DNA of 62,323 nt, filler included, from Circinaria calcarea (taxonomy: Eukaryota), in NCBI GenBank assembly GCA_051942165.1. It is 27 parts of 27 records of this genome, joined end to end, with 100 filler letters (N's around TTAATTAATTAA, not from the genome) between each part and the next. Parts side by side here need not be neighbours in the genome. Positions count along the whole stretch, not along the records: positions 1 to 2,232 come from JAVECS010003755.1; positions 2,333 to 4,563 come from JAVECS010003756.1; positions 4,664 to 6,890 come from JAVECS010003757.1; positions 6,991 to 9,210 come from JAVECS010003758.1; positions 9,311 to 11,530 come from JAVECS010003759.1; positions 11,631 to 13,849 come from JAVECS010003760.1; 21 more parts are not named here. The stretch is one strand, 5' to 3'. The notes beneath the pieces are model-generated. The model was not told where the DNA came from and ran no database searches. It saw only the letters and a program-made list of their open reading frames with translations. The position numbers were made by a program, and so were the translations under genes. Each line of letters begins with the position of its first letter. Positions within the stretch are counted from its first letter, which is position 1. This document shows positions 1 to 12,313 of the stretch, one piece after another.

Positions 1-2
1 TC

Positions 3-1229
3 TTCCTGCTCTTGACCAAGATTATCCATTTCTTTGAGTCATTGATAGCTCATCCCAACCTCGAAGTACAAGAGCGCTCGGTTGAGTTATTGGAGCTCAT
101 GCGCCTCGCAGCGGAAGCTATTTCAAGCCATATCAGTGAAGACCACGACGGCCCCTTAATCCTAACCCGGGCTATACCATCTTTATTTAGAGGCCTCGAG
201 CTCAATCCGGTAGCCGCAAGCGCACAAGGAAAAGTGCCCGCTCCGACTGGTCTTGACCTAGATGTTCCTCTCAATGAAAATCTATCGATCCTTCTCCAAC
301 ATGCGGAGAGGGAGGTTCCACAGGATACAGAGTCTGTCGAGACCCAACAGTTTTATTTTCAGCGCCCAGCCAACAAAACATTGCCGGAGCCAGTAGCCAA
401 TAGTCTACCAAAACCGTTTGATGATCCGTCCTCGTATCAGCACGGCGAAGGCTCCTTGCATGATGCTTCCGCTATAGCAAGGAAACGTGCCGAGCGTCGC
501 GAAAGGAACAAAGATGATCCGTTTTATATAGCCAACCTTGACGATTCCTCTGGGACCTCAACGCCTTTTCACAGTATACTTAAGACAGCTAACGGGACCG
601 ATGTGGACGTAGATTCAATACCGATCATGGATCTTGACCTTGGAGATAAGTTTATTAATGCCGATGCCTCGGACGTAGAGCGAACCAGAAGCAAACGCAA
701 ACACCGTCAAAAAATACATATTACGGCTGATGAGAACATCGGAGATGATTTTGACGAGGATCAGGGCAAGTCTGACAAATACGTAGCATTGCAGAATAAA
801 GTAAACGCTATGCGGGGAAAAGGGAAGAAATCACTTCTACAAGTTGATTCGAGTGGCATCGGTCTATTAGGGCTGGACGAGACTAAAGATGGAGACATGC
901 ATGAAGAGCTTGCCGCCTATGACAAGGACACGGAGGATGTGGAGATGGCTAGAGCGTTAGCAGAAGTTGAACGTTTGCGGTTAGAAATGCAGCGCGCGTC
1001 AGAACGCATCCAGGTGGCCGGGAACATTCCTGTAGACGGTACACTCGTCAAAAAGAGGAGAAAGAAAAAGAAAACATCAGCGGCAATAACTGAAGACTTA
1101 CAAGGTCAAGGAAAGCTAACGGCAAGAGATAATTCTCCTGCTCTCAACGAGGATGTTGTGTCGAAGAAGGCGAAGATAAAGAGGATGGCGAAGACCGCCC
1201 GCGCGAGTCAAGAGCTGCCGAAGACGTAA
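3..1229 (+). CDS. APL5: AP-3 adaptor complex subunit delta, C-terminal part (5' truncated)
   Basis: Contains HPNLEVQERS and ELNPVAASAQGKVPAPTGLDLD, matching the delta-adaptin ELNPVAxxAQxKVPxPxGLDLD motif. Followed by RRERNKDDPFYI and a basic, charged tail. Confidence 0.88.
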   Translation, partial: FLLLTKIIHFFESLIAHPNLEVQERSVELLELMRLAAEAISSHISEDHDGPLILTRAIPSLFRGLELNPVAASAQGKVPAPTGLDLDVPLNENLSILLQHAEREVPQDTESVETQQFYFQRPANKTLPEPVANSLPKPFDDPSSYQHGEGSLHDASAIARKRAERRERNKDDPFYIANLDDSSGTSTPFHSILKTANGTDVDVDSIPIMDLDLGDKFINADASDVERTRSKRKHRQKIHITADENIGDDFDEDQGKSDKYVALQNKVNAMRGKGKKSLLQVDSSGIGLLGLDETKDGDMHEELAAYDKDTEDVEMARALAEVERLRLEMQRASERIQVAGNIPVDGTLVKKRRKKKKTSAAITEDLQGQGKLTARDNSPALNEDVVSKKAKIKRMAKTARASQELPKT

Positions 1230-2232
1230 TTGAAAGACGACAGAGCTACTGTTTGAATGAAGTTCAAATGGCATATTCCACCTTGAGCTTTCATAGCCAC
1301 ATAGCGAAGGCGTGTACAATAGGGAATCAAATACTTGGCTCGCCTGCAGCACTGAATGAGCCTTTTTTGAATGAAACATCAATTGACTGAAGCGTCTAGG
1401 TGCCATAGAGTGCTAGAGACACTGGTGAGGGGCTTTTTGCACAATTTTACATGCCTCAGCTGTATAGATTTAGATCCATCTCATACCAAAGGATGGATAT
1501 GCGCTCTAACCATCAACAGCGATTCTTCAACGCAACTAAATTCAACTAAGATATTAAATCTGTGAAGGCGTGGTGACAACGGTATTCGGTTGAATGGACT
1601 AATAGGGTTGCTGACAGTTGAATGCCGCCCATCATTATTCTATCAATAACCCCAGCGCAACAGCCTCCAAACCGTTTTCGCTCCGCAGGGGAGCATTTGC
1701 TTCTTTTCAGGGGCCATTTTCCCGAGGGTGACCGGAAACCCTCCGCTTTGCCCTCTGGAGCAAATTGTGCAGACTATCAGAAGGATATCTAAGGTCAAAT
1801 AGCGTGGATGATCCGCGGATGACCGCCCTAAAATGTCATTCGCCCGTGAAATTACCGAAAACCTTCGTTCACTTGATTCCAGCACGCGCATCAAGGCATT
1901 AGAACCTCAGACTTTAGATAGTAATTATATAGCTATCAATCAATAGAATCGATTAATTTAAGCCAAAACAGTCCAGAATTGTGTGCGCAGTGAATTTACA
2001 AAGTTTTCGTCGAGTTTTTAAGGGCGGAACATCTCAGTAGTTACTTTATAAGGACTTTTTTGTAAGGGCTCTACCGGAGAACCCCTACGAGCCCTACGGG
2101 GGAACTATACACCGAGGTCACGAGGTGTTGGCTTAGCGAGAAAGGTTTTCCTCGCGAAGCGTTACACGAGAACTCTTTAGCAATAATTCATACACTGATG
2201 CGAACCAACTAAGCTCATTATCACACAATTCA

Positions 2233-2332
2233 NNNNNNNNNNNNNNNNNNNNNNNNNNNNNNNNNNNNNNNNNNNNTTAATTAATTAANNNNNNNNNNNN
2301 NNNNNNNNNNNNNNNNNNNNNNNNNNNNNNNN
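2233..2332. other. Artificial contig-joining spacer (N44 + TTAATTAATTAA + N44); first of 26 identical spacers
   Basis: The same 100-nt spacer recurs about every 2.3 kb (e.g. 4564-4663, 6891-6990, 9211-9310 ... 60025-60124). The 12-mer gives stops in all six frames. Contig lengths decrease along the window, and genes are cut at the spacers. Confidence 0.99.
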
Positions 2333-3825
2333 GGGTAATTTTAGCGGAGGGGGGGGGGGCTTTTAGAGAAATCTGAGAACATACAGCAATGCGCGATGGT
2401 TTGCTTCCGAATCCCAAAAGCCCCCTCGTCGGCGGGGGAAACGATAACTAGTTGATGTTTTTGTCCGTGCGAGCCATTGCGGAGGACCAAGGCAAGTAAG
2501 TAAGTGGCAGTTTCGCTTGGCCTAGAATATGGTACCGGTCGCGCCACCCGGTTTCCAGCACAATCCATGGAGGGGGTGAGTAGGTATTTCGTAGATAGAT
2601 GCTACACCGGCAGGTTTGTCAAATCTTCCATTTTCCGGTTAGTCTGTTTTCCTCCACACTCGAAAGGGTTGCCCTGGTATGGTAGGTACGCTACGGGAGT
2701 AACCTTAAAATCAATCGAGGCCCGAGTACGATCGGCAGACGCAAGCGCTCTATTCAAGGACCCCTGCTACCTTCGGATCTCAGATGTATGGGGATTGGCT
2801 CGTGGGGTTTCGAGCTATCGGAGCATCCTCCCGGAGGTAAGGAGAATGCTGTATAGTTAAGGGGGATAATTGACCGTCTGACATCCCCGTTATCTGCATT
2901 GTTTCCCCCCCCCCCCTTTTCCTAAAGCAAGGGGCTCGAAGTAAAGATCGACTTTGTATTTCATGCATCTACAGCAGTAATGCAGGATGGATCTGCCGCT
3001 TCAATGATTCTGCTGATCTCTTTGCGCTCGCAGGCTACTGGTAATTAGTTGTCGTATCGGGGGGTTTCATTAGCTTGTCTTTTAACCTACGGACGTGACA
3101 GCTTGATCGTAGTTCACATAGTACTAGGTTCAAAAATACAACAACATTGTCAGTCCAATAGTCGATACGGCTCTGGAGTGGCAAAACCACAATACATGTT
3201 CTGCTGGTATTCCTTGTCGCATGGAGTACAAGACATTACTCACGATCCTATACTCTTCCCGGTCACAACTTGTTGTGCTCCAGTAAAGCTTCGACAATCT
3301 CATATGCCCGATTCCGACCCTTGCGCAGTATCATCCAATTTCAATGTTATACAACATCACGCTTGCAATCTTGCCTCTTGGGATGATCTTGCTATACAGT
3401 ACTCCGTATTAGGCGTAGAATTATTTTCTTGGCACATATCTTCCAGAGTCGTTCATTGGTCTTCTGCAGTAACGCGCGATGCTGCCAGGATTCGTGGATT
3501 CATGCAGATATTGGGGGTATGCATATGCATGTTATGCGCGATTGGCTCAACCGGGCCAAGCATAAACGGCCGCCTGATCAAGGTTCTGGAATACCATCTG
3601 AGAATGGGGAAAAGTATTGCAACATCATGCAGAGCATATGGGTGCCTGCATACTCTACTTATATCTTCAGTCGCTCAAACTTCTATGCTGTACCCAACAG
3701 AAATGGAATATATAAGGTACATTAAGTCTCAATCTTGCGCACTCTTCACTTTCACCTTTTGTGATCTTGCTGTATCTCTTTAGACACTCAAAAGCTCTCA
3801 ACGGATAGGGAACTGTTAATTAGCC

Positions 3826-4563
3826 ATGAATCTCTCGGTGCTATTGGAGGGACCAGGCTTGGAAGCTCCCCCTGGTGTTAAACATAATTTCGTCAATCCG
3901 GATTCTCAAGCAATCTGGCTCACGTTTACCATTATCCTCTGCGTGGTAATTAGTACATTATTGGTATGGCTGCGCATATATACGAAGAGTGTCATCACTC
4001 GATCGACCGGATGGGAAGATTGTACGTCTACCCGTTTCTCACATTAACCAATACCGCTGCTGACCCCAGAAGATACCTCCATTCTTGCATGGGTTGGATA
4101 CCCAACAGTCCCAAGTGCTCTATCAGTTAGCTAACTTGACATCCTGACCAGTTGGGCCTGATGGCTTACATGGTTCCTGCCATTCTATGCTTAAAGCATA
4201 ATGTCGGGGTCCACCAATGGAATGTGAGATTACGGGATGTCATGGAGATTGTTAAGGTCAGTCACTAGATAGCTTCGTTCCCCCATCCAAGGGACTTTCC
4301 GAGCAATCTAACTTTATATAAAGTTGGTGAACTATGTCGAAATCCTCTACTCGGTTGTCATCTTCTTCACAAAACTCTCCATCCTGCTGCAATACCTCCG
4401 AGTCTTCGTACCGGCGCGGCGGAGCATCTTGTACTATGTGATCCAAGGTTACATCTGGATCAACCTCGTCTTCTACATCGCCATATTCTTGGCGAGAATC
4501 TTTCAATGCACACCACGAACCAAGATCTGGAATCCATACGTAAAGGGACACTGTATCGACGGA
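3826..4563 (+). CDS. Pth11-like / fungal rhodopsin-domain integral membrane protein (3' truncated)
   Basis: Exons 3826-4021, 4073-4092, 4151-4256 and 4324-4563 join in frame through GT-AG introns. Motifs: PPGVxxNFxNP, LRIYTK...GWEDY, GVHQWN, KLSILLQYLRVF, QCTP...GHC. Confidence 0.88.
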
Positions 4564-5680
4564 NNNNNNNNNNNNNNNNNNNNNNNNNNNNNNNNNNNNN
4601 NNNNNNNTTAATTAATTAANNNNNNNNNNNNNNNNNNNNNNNNNNNNNNNNNNNNNNNNNNNNGATTTGTGCACCTTACGGAGGCACAAGGTAGCCTACC
4701 CAACTCATCTTGAAACAGTCTTGTGAGCAGAAGAAGCTTTCCTTGCCCAAGTCTCGACATTTTGGGCACTGTAGCGATCCAGCCTCATTGGTACAATCAA
4801 GTCCAATGCACTGCTTCTGGGATACCGTTGCCGTCGCCATAGCCCTGATGGTACTTCTCTCAGACTATGTAAGATCTCGAGGGGAGCAAATATGTTCGAT
4901 GTACGCTGAAATTCTGCCTTGAAGTGGTGTGGGTGGACTCGGTGCAAACATTGAGGTTCCCTCGGGGTGACAACGACTTTTGCTTATTAGCTCCTCGGAA
5001 AGATCTACGATTGACGTACTCCGTAATCTGCCAACCTTATTTGCTCGGGCTTCACAATCGAGGCGGGTGATCAAAAAGCCGTTGCCGGACTTTGCCTCGG
5101 GGGGAATTGTAGTTAACTGTAGTCCAACAGCAGTGGTGAAGACTAACAATCCCCACTACGCCAGGGAGTCAATCACAAAACTAGGGGCTATCCGCAGGCT
5201 GCGCAACTGGAGTTGTCCGACCTGCCAGCGGCTTTTGGTCACTCGCCTTTATGAGCTTAACCCGGAGGATGATGTGCTCTATTACCGTTGAAACTCCAAA
5301 AACTAATAATGCGAGCTTAAATGCAACTGTAGATTCCGCAACTGAACTGGTATTCGTCAATGAGCTTAAAGTTCATCGGCGGTGTGGCGTTATCAATATT
5401 GTTGTAAAAAGTAACGGGTGGACCCATCAACTGTTGAAGCTGATATATAAGTTTGCCATGTCAGTACATTCTCGTGATGATCAGCTTAGTCCTGTTGTAA
5501 AAGCCGTGGCTGGCAGTATGGATTTTGCGTTAAAATACAATAGGGGCTAAGTTTGTACTGGGAAACTAAGTCCTCCGGCGCTAAGGTTTCCCACATGTAA
5601 AATCGTGGACCTTGAGAACGATCCGTCAGACTATTGAGAGGTGACTATTATTTTCCTATCAAACAACATTCGGTGAAGTG

Positions 5681-6890
5681 ATGGCGAGTAATAGGCAAAA
5701 GGTTGTTGTGGTCGGTGCTGGACCGGTTGGTGCTCTGGCAGCTCTGTATGCCGCTGTTCGCGGGGACGATGTTGAGCTCTATGAGCTTCGGGGAGGCAGG
5801 TCAACTTTCTTTATACATCTAGGCACTGAAGAAAGTCTGGTCTACCACTGCCCAGGAAGAAAATAGCACATGTACTCTTTATTTTCCTTTTCAATCCTCT
5901 TACCTACTTGGAAATACCTGTCTAAAGATAAGACATACTTCCGCAGAATAAGATATGCACACAATATACCCATATATCCAGACTAAGGCCATTGTTTCTA
6001 GTTCGTCGTGGATGGACTCTGTTCTACAGACTGGATTATCTATTACTGAAATCAGCCCAGTTTCTGCATTCTCGCTAATCCATGTTCAATTAAAGACCTT
6101 CGAGATCCCTCAACTACCCCCCTGAACTTCACCAAATCCATCAACCTTGCTCTCTCAGAGCGGGGCATCAACTCCATGAGAAATGCCAAATGTGACGGCC
6201 TTATTGAAGCTGTGCTGGAGGAGACTATACCGATGTATGGCCGCATGATCCATGGGCGGAGGAAGACTGGTGAACTTTATCAAGAGCCCCAAACATACGA
6301 TGTACATGGCCGAGTGAGTACCGACTTCCTTCAACAGGATAATCAGAGAACTAAACGAGCATAGTTCATTCGAGCCGTCGATCGGGCAGGTCTTAACAAA
6401 CGTCTGCTCGACGCCCTGGAGAAAATGCCGAACGTAACCTTTCATTTCAACCACAAGCTCACGGGTGCCGACTTCAACAAGAACATTGCCTGGTTCGAGC
6501 AGCGTTCCCATGCACCCAAAACTGACCATGCCCAAAATCCTACCCAGTCTTCTCTCAGCAAGTCCGATCAACACCGCGCAAAGGAAATCGAAGTTACCTT
6601 TGACTTCATGATTGGTGCCGACGGCGCCCATTCTGCAGTTCGCTACCACCTCATGAAGTTCTCCCGCCTCAACTACCAACAAGAATACATCGATACCCTT
6701 TGGTGTGAATTCCATATTCCTCCCATCCCCCCTCCGGCATCGTCCCCGGACCCTTCCCACACCTTCGCCATCTCCCCCAATCACCTGCACATCTGGCCCG
6801 GCGGCTCCTTCATGTTCATCGCCATTCCATCCCTCGACCGGTCCTTCACCTGCACCCTCTTCGCCCCTTCCTCCACCTTCTCCTCACTCG
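5681..6890 (+). CDS. BNA4: Kynurenine 3-monooxygenase (3' truncated)
   Basis: FAD motif [10 protein letters not shown], then [35 protein letters not shown] and HLHIWP. Introns 5796-6095 (GC donor proposed) and 6314-6364. Confidence 0.95.
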
Positions 6891-6990
6891 NNNNNNNNNN
6901 NNNNNNNNNNNNNNNNNNNNNNNNNNNNNNNNNNTTAATTAATTAANNNNNNNNNNNNNNNNNNNNNNNNNNNNNNNNNNNNNNNNNNNN

Positions 6991-8210
6991 GCCGCCCCAG
7001 CAGTCTCTTGCATCAGCTGTAACGATGCTGGATCATAGTATGCGCTTGTGGAATCGAAAACCGTCGCAGGCGAGTCAATGTAGAATGTGGTGTTTGGTGT
7101 CGTACGGGCGGTTGAGGCCGTTGTTGAAGAGGAAAACGACGGGGTACTACTGAATGAGCGAACTGCGGCAGGTCCAGGTTCTAAATGATTGACCTCATAG
7201 ACTCGGGGGAATTGGTGGCTCATGCCGTCTCGAGAAACCTTACGAGATTCGAGAACCTTTGATGCCTCCACCATAGACCGCTTTCTAGTTGGCATAGTAA
7301 AGTCTGGAAGCTTAATCGGGTCTACTTTTTGAAGAAATGTCTGGTGGCCAAACTTATCCCTGGATCTGATTGAAGGAGATTCATTCACTTGACCAAACAA
7401 CAACTCCCGGACGGGTGTTGTAGGAGGCGTGGTATAATCTTCGTCGACTGAACCTGTCGGGGAAGCCCTCCCGCAGCGCATGACCAATTGAGTATCCATA
7501 TGAGGAGCTGGTACATCTGGCATATTGAGATGATGGAGGATATCCGCAGTGCGTAGGTCAGGCTTGAAATCGTCCGAGGATGGAAGCTCAGGTTGGACAA
7601 GCGACAAGGAAGGCGACGCATTTCGAATGGGCGGGAAGAATGACTGGATTCGTGACTGTATTGTTTTTCTTGCTGATGAAGGTGCCGTAGGTGGCTCAAC
7701 TATGGATATTTCGGACTCAACCAAATTTCGGGATAAATCGAGAAAACTTGACGAACCTGGCTTGCGCTCCAAGTCCGGTGGGATATGAACAGAAGGATGG
7801 TCTTTTGCTTTGAGAAGACAGCCAAGCAATGCCTCCTTCAGCGCGCGTATCGCATTATCAGGCAGCTCATTCCGGCTTAAAAATGATTCACGGCGCAGAG
7901 AAGAGTCGGCAGGCGCGCGTGTGGGTAAAGTATTGGTGTCTGCTCGCGGCTTGAATTTCCACTCCGAGCATATGAAGGGGGCGTGGGATTCGAATTCGTC
8001 CAGCGCATGTTGCATAGGACCGCGGTGTTGCCAATATAAAAAGCGGATCGTATTGAGAATCGTTTCCTCGGGGCTGTCTGGTTTGGGAACTTTGGAGGGA
8101 CTCCGCAGACCATCCCAGATTGGTATATCGAGAGCCCATCTCGCGTTCAAACCCCCGACTATCTCATTGATCCCGTCCCCCCGCTTCTGAGGGGTAGTTG
8201 GATTGATCAT
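6991..8210 (-). CDS. N-terminal region of a QDE-1-like RNA-dependent RNA polymerase (3' truncated; catalytic domain not in contig)
   Basis: A 400-codon ORF. Its N-terminus (NPTTPQKR...INEIVGGLNARWAL...IRFLYWQ...EWKFKPRADTNTLP) parallels the recalled Neurospora QDE-1 N-terminus (NPITPRKR...EEIINRLN...LNFLYW...NWVPKAHADPDTLP). A Ser/Thr/Pro-rich linker follows. Confidence 0.75.
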
Positions 8211-9344
8211 TGGCCAAGATGAGCTATGCCGAAGCTAATTTGTCATCTGAGCAGGTTAAGGTCTCGTTCGTTATCGACATTGAGCAAAGTAGTGACAGCA
8301 CGGGCAAGGTGTCTTGCGGGCTTCCAGAAAGAAGTCATATGGCGAGCGAGCGCGTGCCGGCAGCGGCTGTCAGGATCGAAGCAAGAGGGTGTTGGGTGTC
8401 GGTTTCTGTGCGATGCAACCCACTTCAGCCGGTGAGCCGGTAGGCAACGAGGCTCCCCGGGGCGCGCCACAGGCGCAATGGGTACCAAAGCTCCAACACA
8501 CACGGCAATAGCTATCGCATTTCCTTGCAGGCCAACCCGTCGGATAGATCGCAGCAGCCAGCTACTTGGACCTCATGTCGGTGTCAATTGAGTTGAGCAG
8601 AGCAAAGGATGGTGTGCGGTCCACCACCAGCACGAACCAACGTGACTGGTGACAGACCACACTTTTACTGAGGGACTGAGCTGCAGCATTGGCCTGGAGG
8701 TGACATTCCGGGGTATGGTGCCCCTAATCTCCTAAAACGCGGGTGCGCCCCGCAGTAGCGTGCACTTGGCAGCAACGGCCCGGCTCGCCTATGCAAGGCT
8801 GTGTTAGCTTCCAGTTGGTCTAACGTCATTGCAGCAAAGCTCCCGTCATGGATCAGACATGGAGTCGATAAAGAGCATAAGAGCACTTCTGATGGGACTG
8901 ATCAGTCGAGTTTGTCTAATGTCGACAATATCGAGGAAATCCTGGAGGCGGGCTATCACAAACCGGTTCCTGTCTCGGGAGTGGTAAATGACAAATCAAA
9001 ATCTCTCTTTCTTCAACGTAAGCGCTGGCCCGGTCTGGTGGAAAGGAACCAAAGACTGAAGGTTGAAGAACTGCATTAAGAGATGAAGAAGTGGAAAGAA
9101 AGAAACAAGTACGGGGGAGGAATGCGTCCACCCTTCATTGATCATGGCCGACGTTGTGTTCCCTGACTCGGCGGAGATGAGTCATTGGTAAGAAGGGTGG
9201 GGTGTTTGGGNNNNNNNNNNNNNNNNNNNNNNNNNNNNNNNNNNNNNNNNNNNNTTAATTAATTAANNNNNNNNNNNNNNNNNNNNNNNNNNNNNNNNNN
9301 NNNNNNNNNNTTTCACAATCACCCTTGCTAACGATCCTGTCTAG

Positions 9345-11530
9345 ATTGTTTATGTTGCCATCGTTGGAACTGTGATGCTTGCGGCTTTCCTAGAATGGTT
9401 TCTATGGCTCGCTGCATTCCTATACTGCTTGGTGAAGGTTTACCAGAAGGCGGAGCACTGGACTATTCGACTTCTTGCTGTGATCATGATAGTCATGTTC
9501 ACTGCCTTGAGGTGAGGGCTTTGAGCTACGCGAAACTTGCTAGCATGACTAACTAATTTGAACAGAGCCATCTTCCTACCGATCATGATAGTCACGCTTC
9601 CACTTCCTCCACAACTAACGCAATATTTCCCGGAAGCGATGGTTTCTTTCCTCCAATGGTTTGCCTTTTGGTCATTTGCCGGCCTTCTGACGATCCCTTG
9701 GTTGTTTTGCGTCTACCAACTCGTTACAAACTCTATAGGTCGGACGAAGCGGATTAAGGAAATCCTCGATGAGACTTCGGCGCCGAAGACGGTCATCGTA
9801 ATGCCGGTCTATAAAGAAGAGCCAGAGGTCCTGCTTAAGGCTATTGATTCGGTGGTCGATTGCGATTACCCACCTTCCTGCTTGCATGTTTTCCTGTCGT
9901 TTGATGGTGATCAGGTAGACGAGCTCTTCCTGAAAACCATTGAGAACCTCGGGGTTCCGTTAACCTTGGAACATTATCCCAAGAGTATCGATGTCACCTA
10001 TAAACAGGCTAGGATCACAGTTTCGAGATTCCCACATGGAGGAAAGCGGAAATGTCAAAAGTCCACCTTCAAACTAATTGACAAGATATACACGGAGTAC
10101 CTGAAACGGAACGACAACCTTTTCATTCTGTTCATTGATTCTGACTGCATCCTGGACAAAGTGTGTATTCAGAATTTCATGTACGAAATGGAGCTCAAGC
10201 CCGGTTCGAGGCAAAACATGCTCGCCATGACTGGAGTGATTACCTCTACGACTGAGAAGAACAGTCTGATCACTCTATTGCAAGATATGGAATACATTCA
10301 CGGCCAGCTGTTTGAACGTACCGTTGAGTCTGGCTGTGGGGCAGTGACATGCTTACCTGGCGCTCTCACGATGCTTCGTTTCTCAGCCTTCCGGAAGATG
10401 GCCAAATACTACTTTGCGGACAAGGCAGAACAGTGCGATGACTTATTTGACTATGGTAAATGTCATCTAGGTGAAGACCGATGGCTTACCCATCTGTTCA
10501 TGATCGGCGCAAAGGAGCGCTACCAGATCCAGATGTGTACAGGAGCATTCTGCAAGACGGAGGCTGTTCAGACCTACAAAAGCTTACTCAAACAACGGAG
10601 AAGATGGTTCTTAGGCTTCATCACAAACGAAGTGTGTATGCTGACTGACATTCGCCTCTGGAAAAGATATCCACTTCTTTGTATAGTGCGGTTCATGCAA
10701 AATACAATCCGAACTACCGCTCTACTCTTCTTCATCATGGTTATTTCCATCATCACCACCTCGAACAAGATCAAGAACCTCCCTGTGGGCTTCATTGCCG
10801 TTTCTCTCGGACTCAACTGGCTCCTAATGATTTACTTTGGTGCAAGGCTTCGACGCTTCAAGATTTGGCTGTACCCTGTCATGTTCATCATCAACCCATT
10901 TTTCAACTGGGTATATATGGTGTACGGGATTTTCACAGCAGGGCAAAGAACCTGGGGTGGTCCTCGTGCAGATGCTGGTGCAGCAGATTCAACGACGACT
11001 CCACAGCAAGCTATTGAACATGCCGAAGCTACCGGAGACGATCTCAACATCGTCCCAGAAACATTCAAGCCCGCCGCTGAGGCGCATCATCCTGAGAAAC
11101 AACCCGGTGTGGTACCAGTGCAGCCATCTGATCACCTTGAAGGACGGTTTGCACCGGCGGAGCGTCTTCCTGGAGGATGGTACCTTCAAAAGAACGATTC
11201 CGGTCTTACGCTACCAAATATGCTGCCACGAAATCCAGATGCGCCTCGTATTCCATTACACCCACGTGTGTCTTTTGATTCCGTCACCACACTCGACTCG
11301 GCCGTGAACTCGGTGTACATGCCCCGCCGCGTCGAGAGTATAATGGGAGACGAAGACCGGAAAAAATACTTCTACGCGCAACAAGCGCAACGTGATGCCG
11401 GTGGGGTTTACTCCTCCGAAGCCAACCAGGGCAAGATCTATGAGGTAGGAGAAGACTTTGACACCAAGGGTGACTGGAACGAGAGCGTGGCCTCTCTTTC
11501 TTCGGAGACAAGTTATGAAAGACAATCACG
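9345..11530 (+). CDS. chsD: Chitin synthase, ChsD/class VI-like (both ends truncated)
   Basis: GT2 motifs FIDSD, VTCLPG, LGEDRWLT and QRRRW. N-terminal TM segments, no myosin domain, TWGGPRAD. Intron 9512-9565. Confidence 0.92.
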
Positions 11531-11630
11531 NNNNNNNNNNNNNNNNNNNNNNNNNNNNNNNNNNNNNNNNNNNNTTAATTAATTAANNNNNNNNNNNNNN
11601 NNNNNNNNNNNNNNNNNNNNNNNNNNNNNN

Positions 11631-12161
11631 GGCAAGGTCATCGCCGTTGACGAGGCCCACAAGGTTCGCGTCTCACATCCCAAAGACTTCACTATCCCAG
11701 GCTCCTGAACTTTGAAGCTGACAGGATGGCAGTACATGTCCGACACCCCAGCGTCCAAAGCTTTGACCGAATCCCTGCTAACCGTGATACGGCAACAACG
11801 GCACTACGGTGTACGCTTGATTATCTCGACCCAAGAACCCACCATCTCGCCGCGGCTCATCGATCTTTGTTCCATCACCATCATCCACCGCTTTTCGAGC
11901 CCGGAGTGGTTCAATCTGCTGCGCAAACACGTCTTCGTGGCCGAGGAGCAGAAGACGGGGACGGAGAGCCGCGAAACGGCGGAGTTTTTCGAACGCATCC
12001 TGGACCTGGAGACCGGCGAGGCGCTCGTGTTTGCGCCGTCGGCGATGGTGGGGGACTGGAGTTTGAAGGAGGAAAGAGGGAAGGGAAGGAAGGGGTTGTG
12101 GAAGCTGAGAGTGAGGAAAAGGGTCACGTGGGATGGAGGGAAATCACTGATGTGTGTTTGA
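11631..12161 (+). CDS. P-loop NTPase C-terminus with HerA/FtsK-like motifs (5' truncated)
   Basis: Walker B VIAVDEAHK|Y across intron 11664-11732. RQQRHYGVRLIISTQEP resembles the HerA-type RxGRKxGhxhhhxTQxP. Also LETGEALV and RKRVTWDGG. Confidence 0.75.
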
Positions 12162-12313
12162 GGAGTTGGGAAGATTAAATAGGCAAGCTGCCCCGTTTAC
12201 ACAGCGCTGCTTTGATAAGATTTAGCGCTGCGAGAATAATGCGGCCATCTAACAATAAACAATCATTCTTCAGGAAAGTCCTTTTCCTCTAGCTGCTTTA
12301 CGAAGGACTGCTT

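Noticed and set aside
1500..2232. Telomerase RNA
   Set aside because: No template of the CTAACCCTAA type lies 5' of the stems on either strand.
2341..2930. G-run and C-run as terminal inverted repeats
   Set aside because: Complementarity is limited to homopolymers.
3049..3783. 244-aa ORF upstream of the Pth11-like gene
   Set aside because: TTG start, no recognisable motif and non-coding-like composition. Probably a chance ORF in the promoter region.
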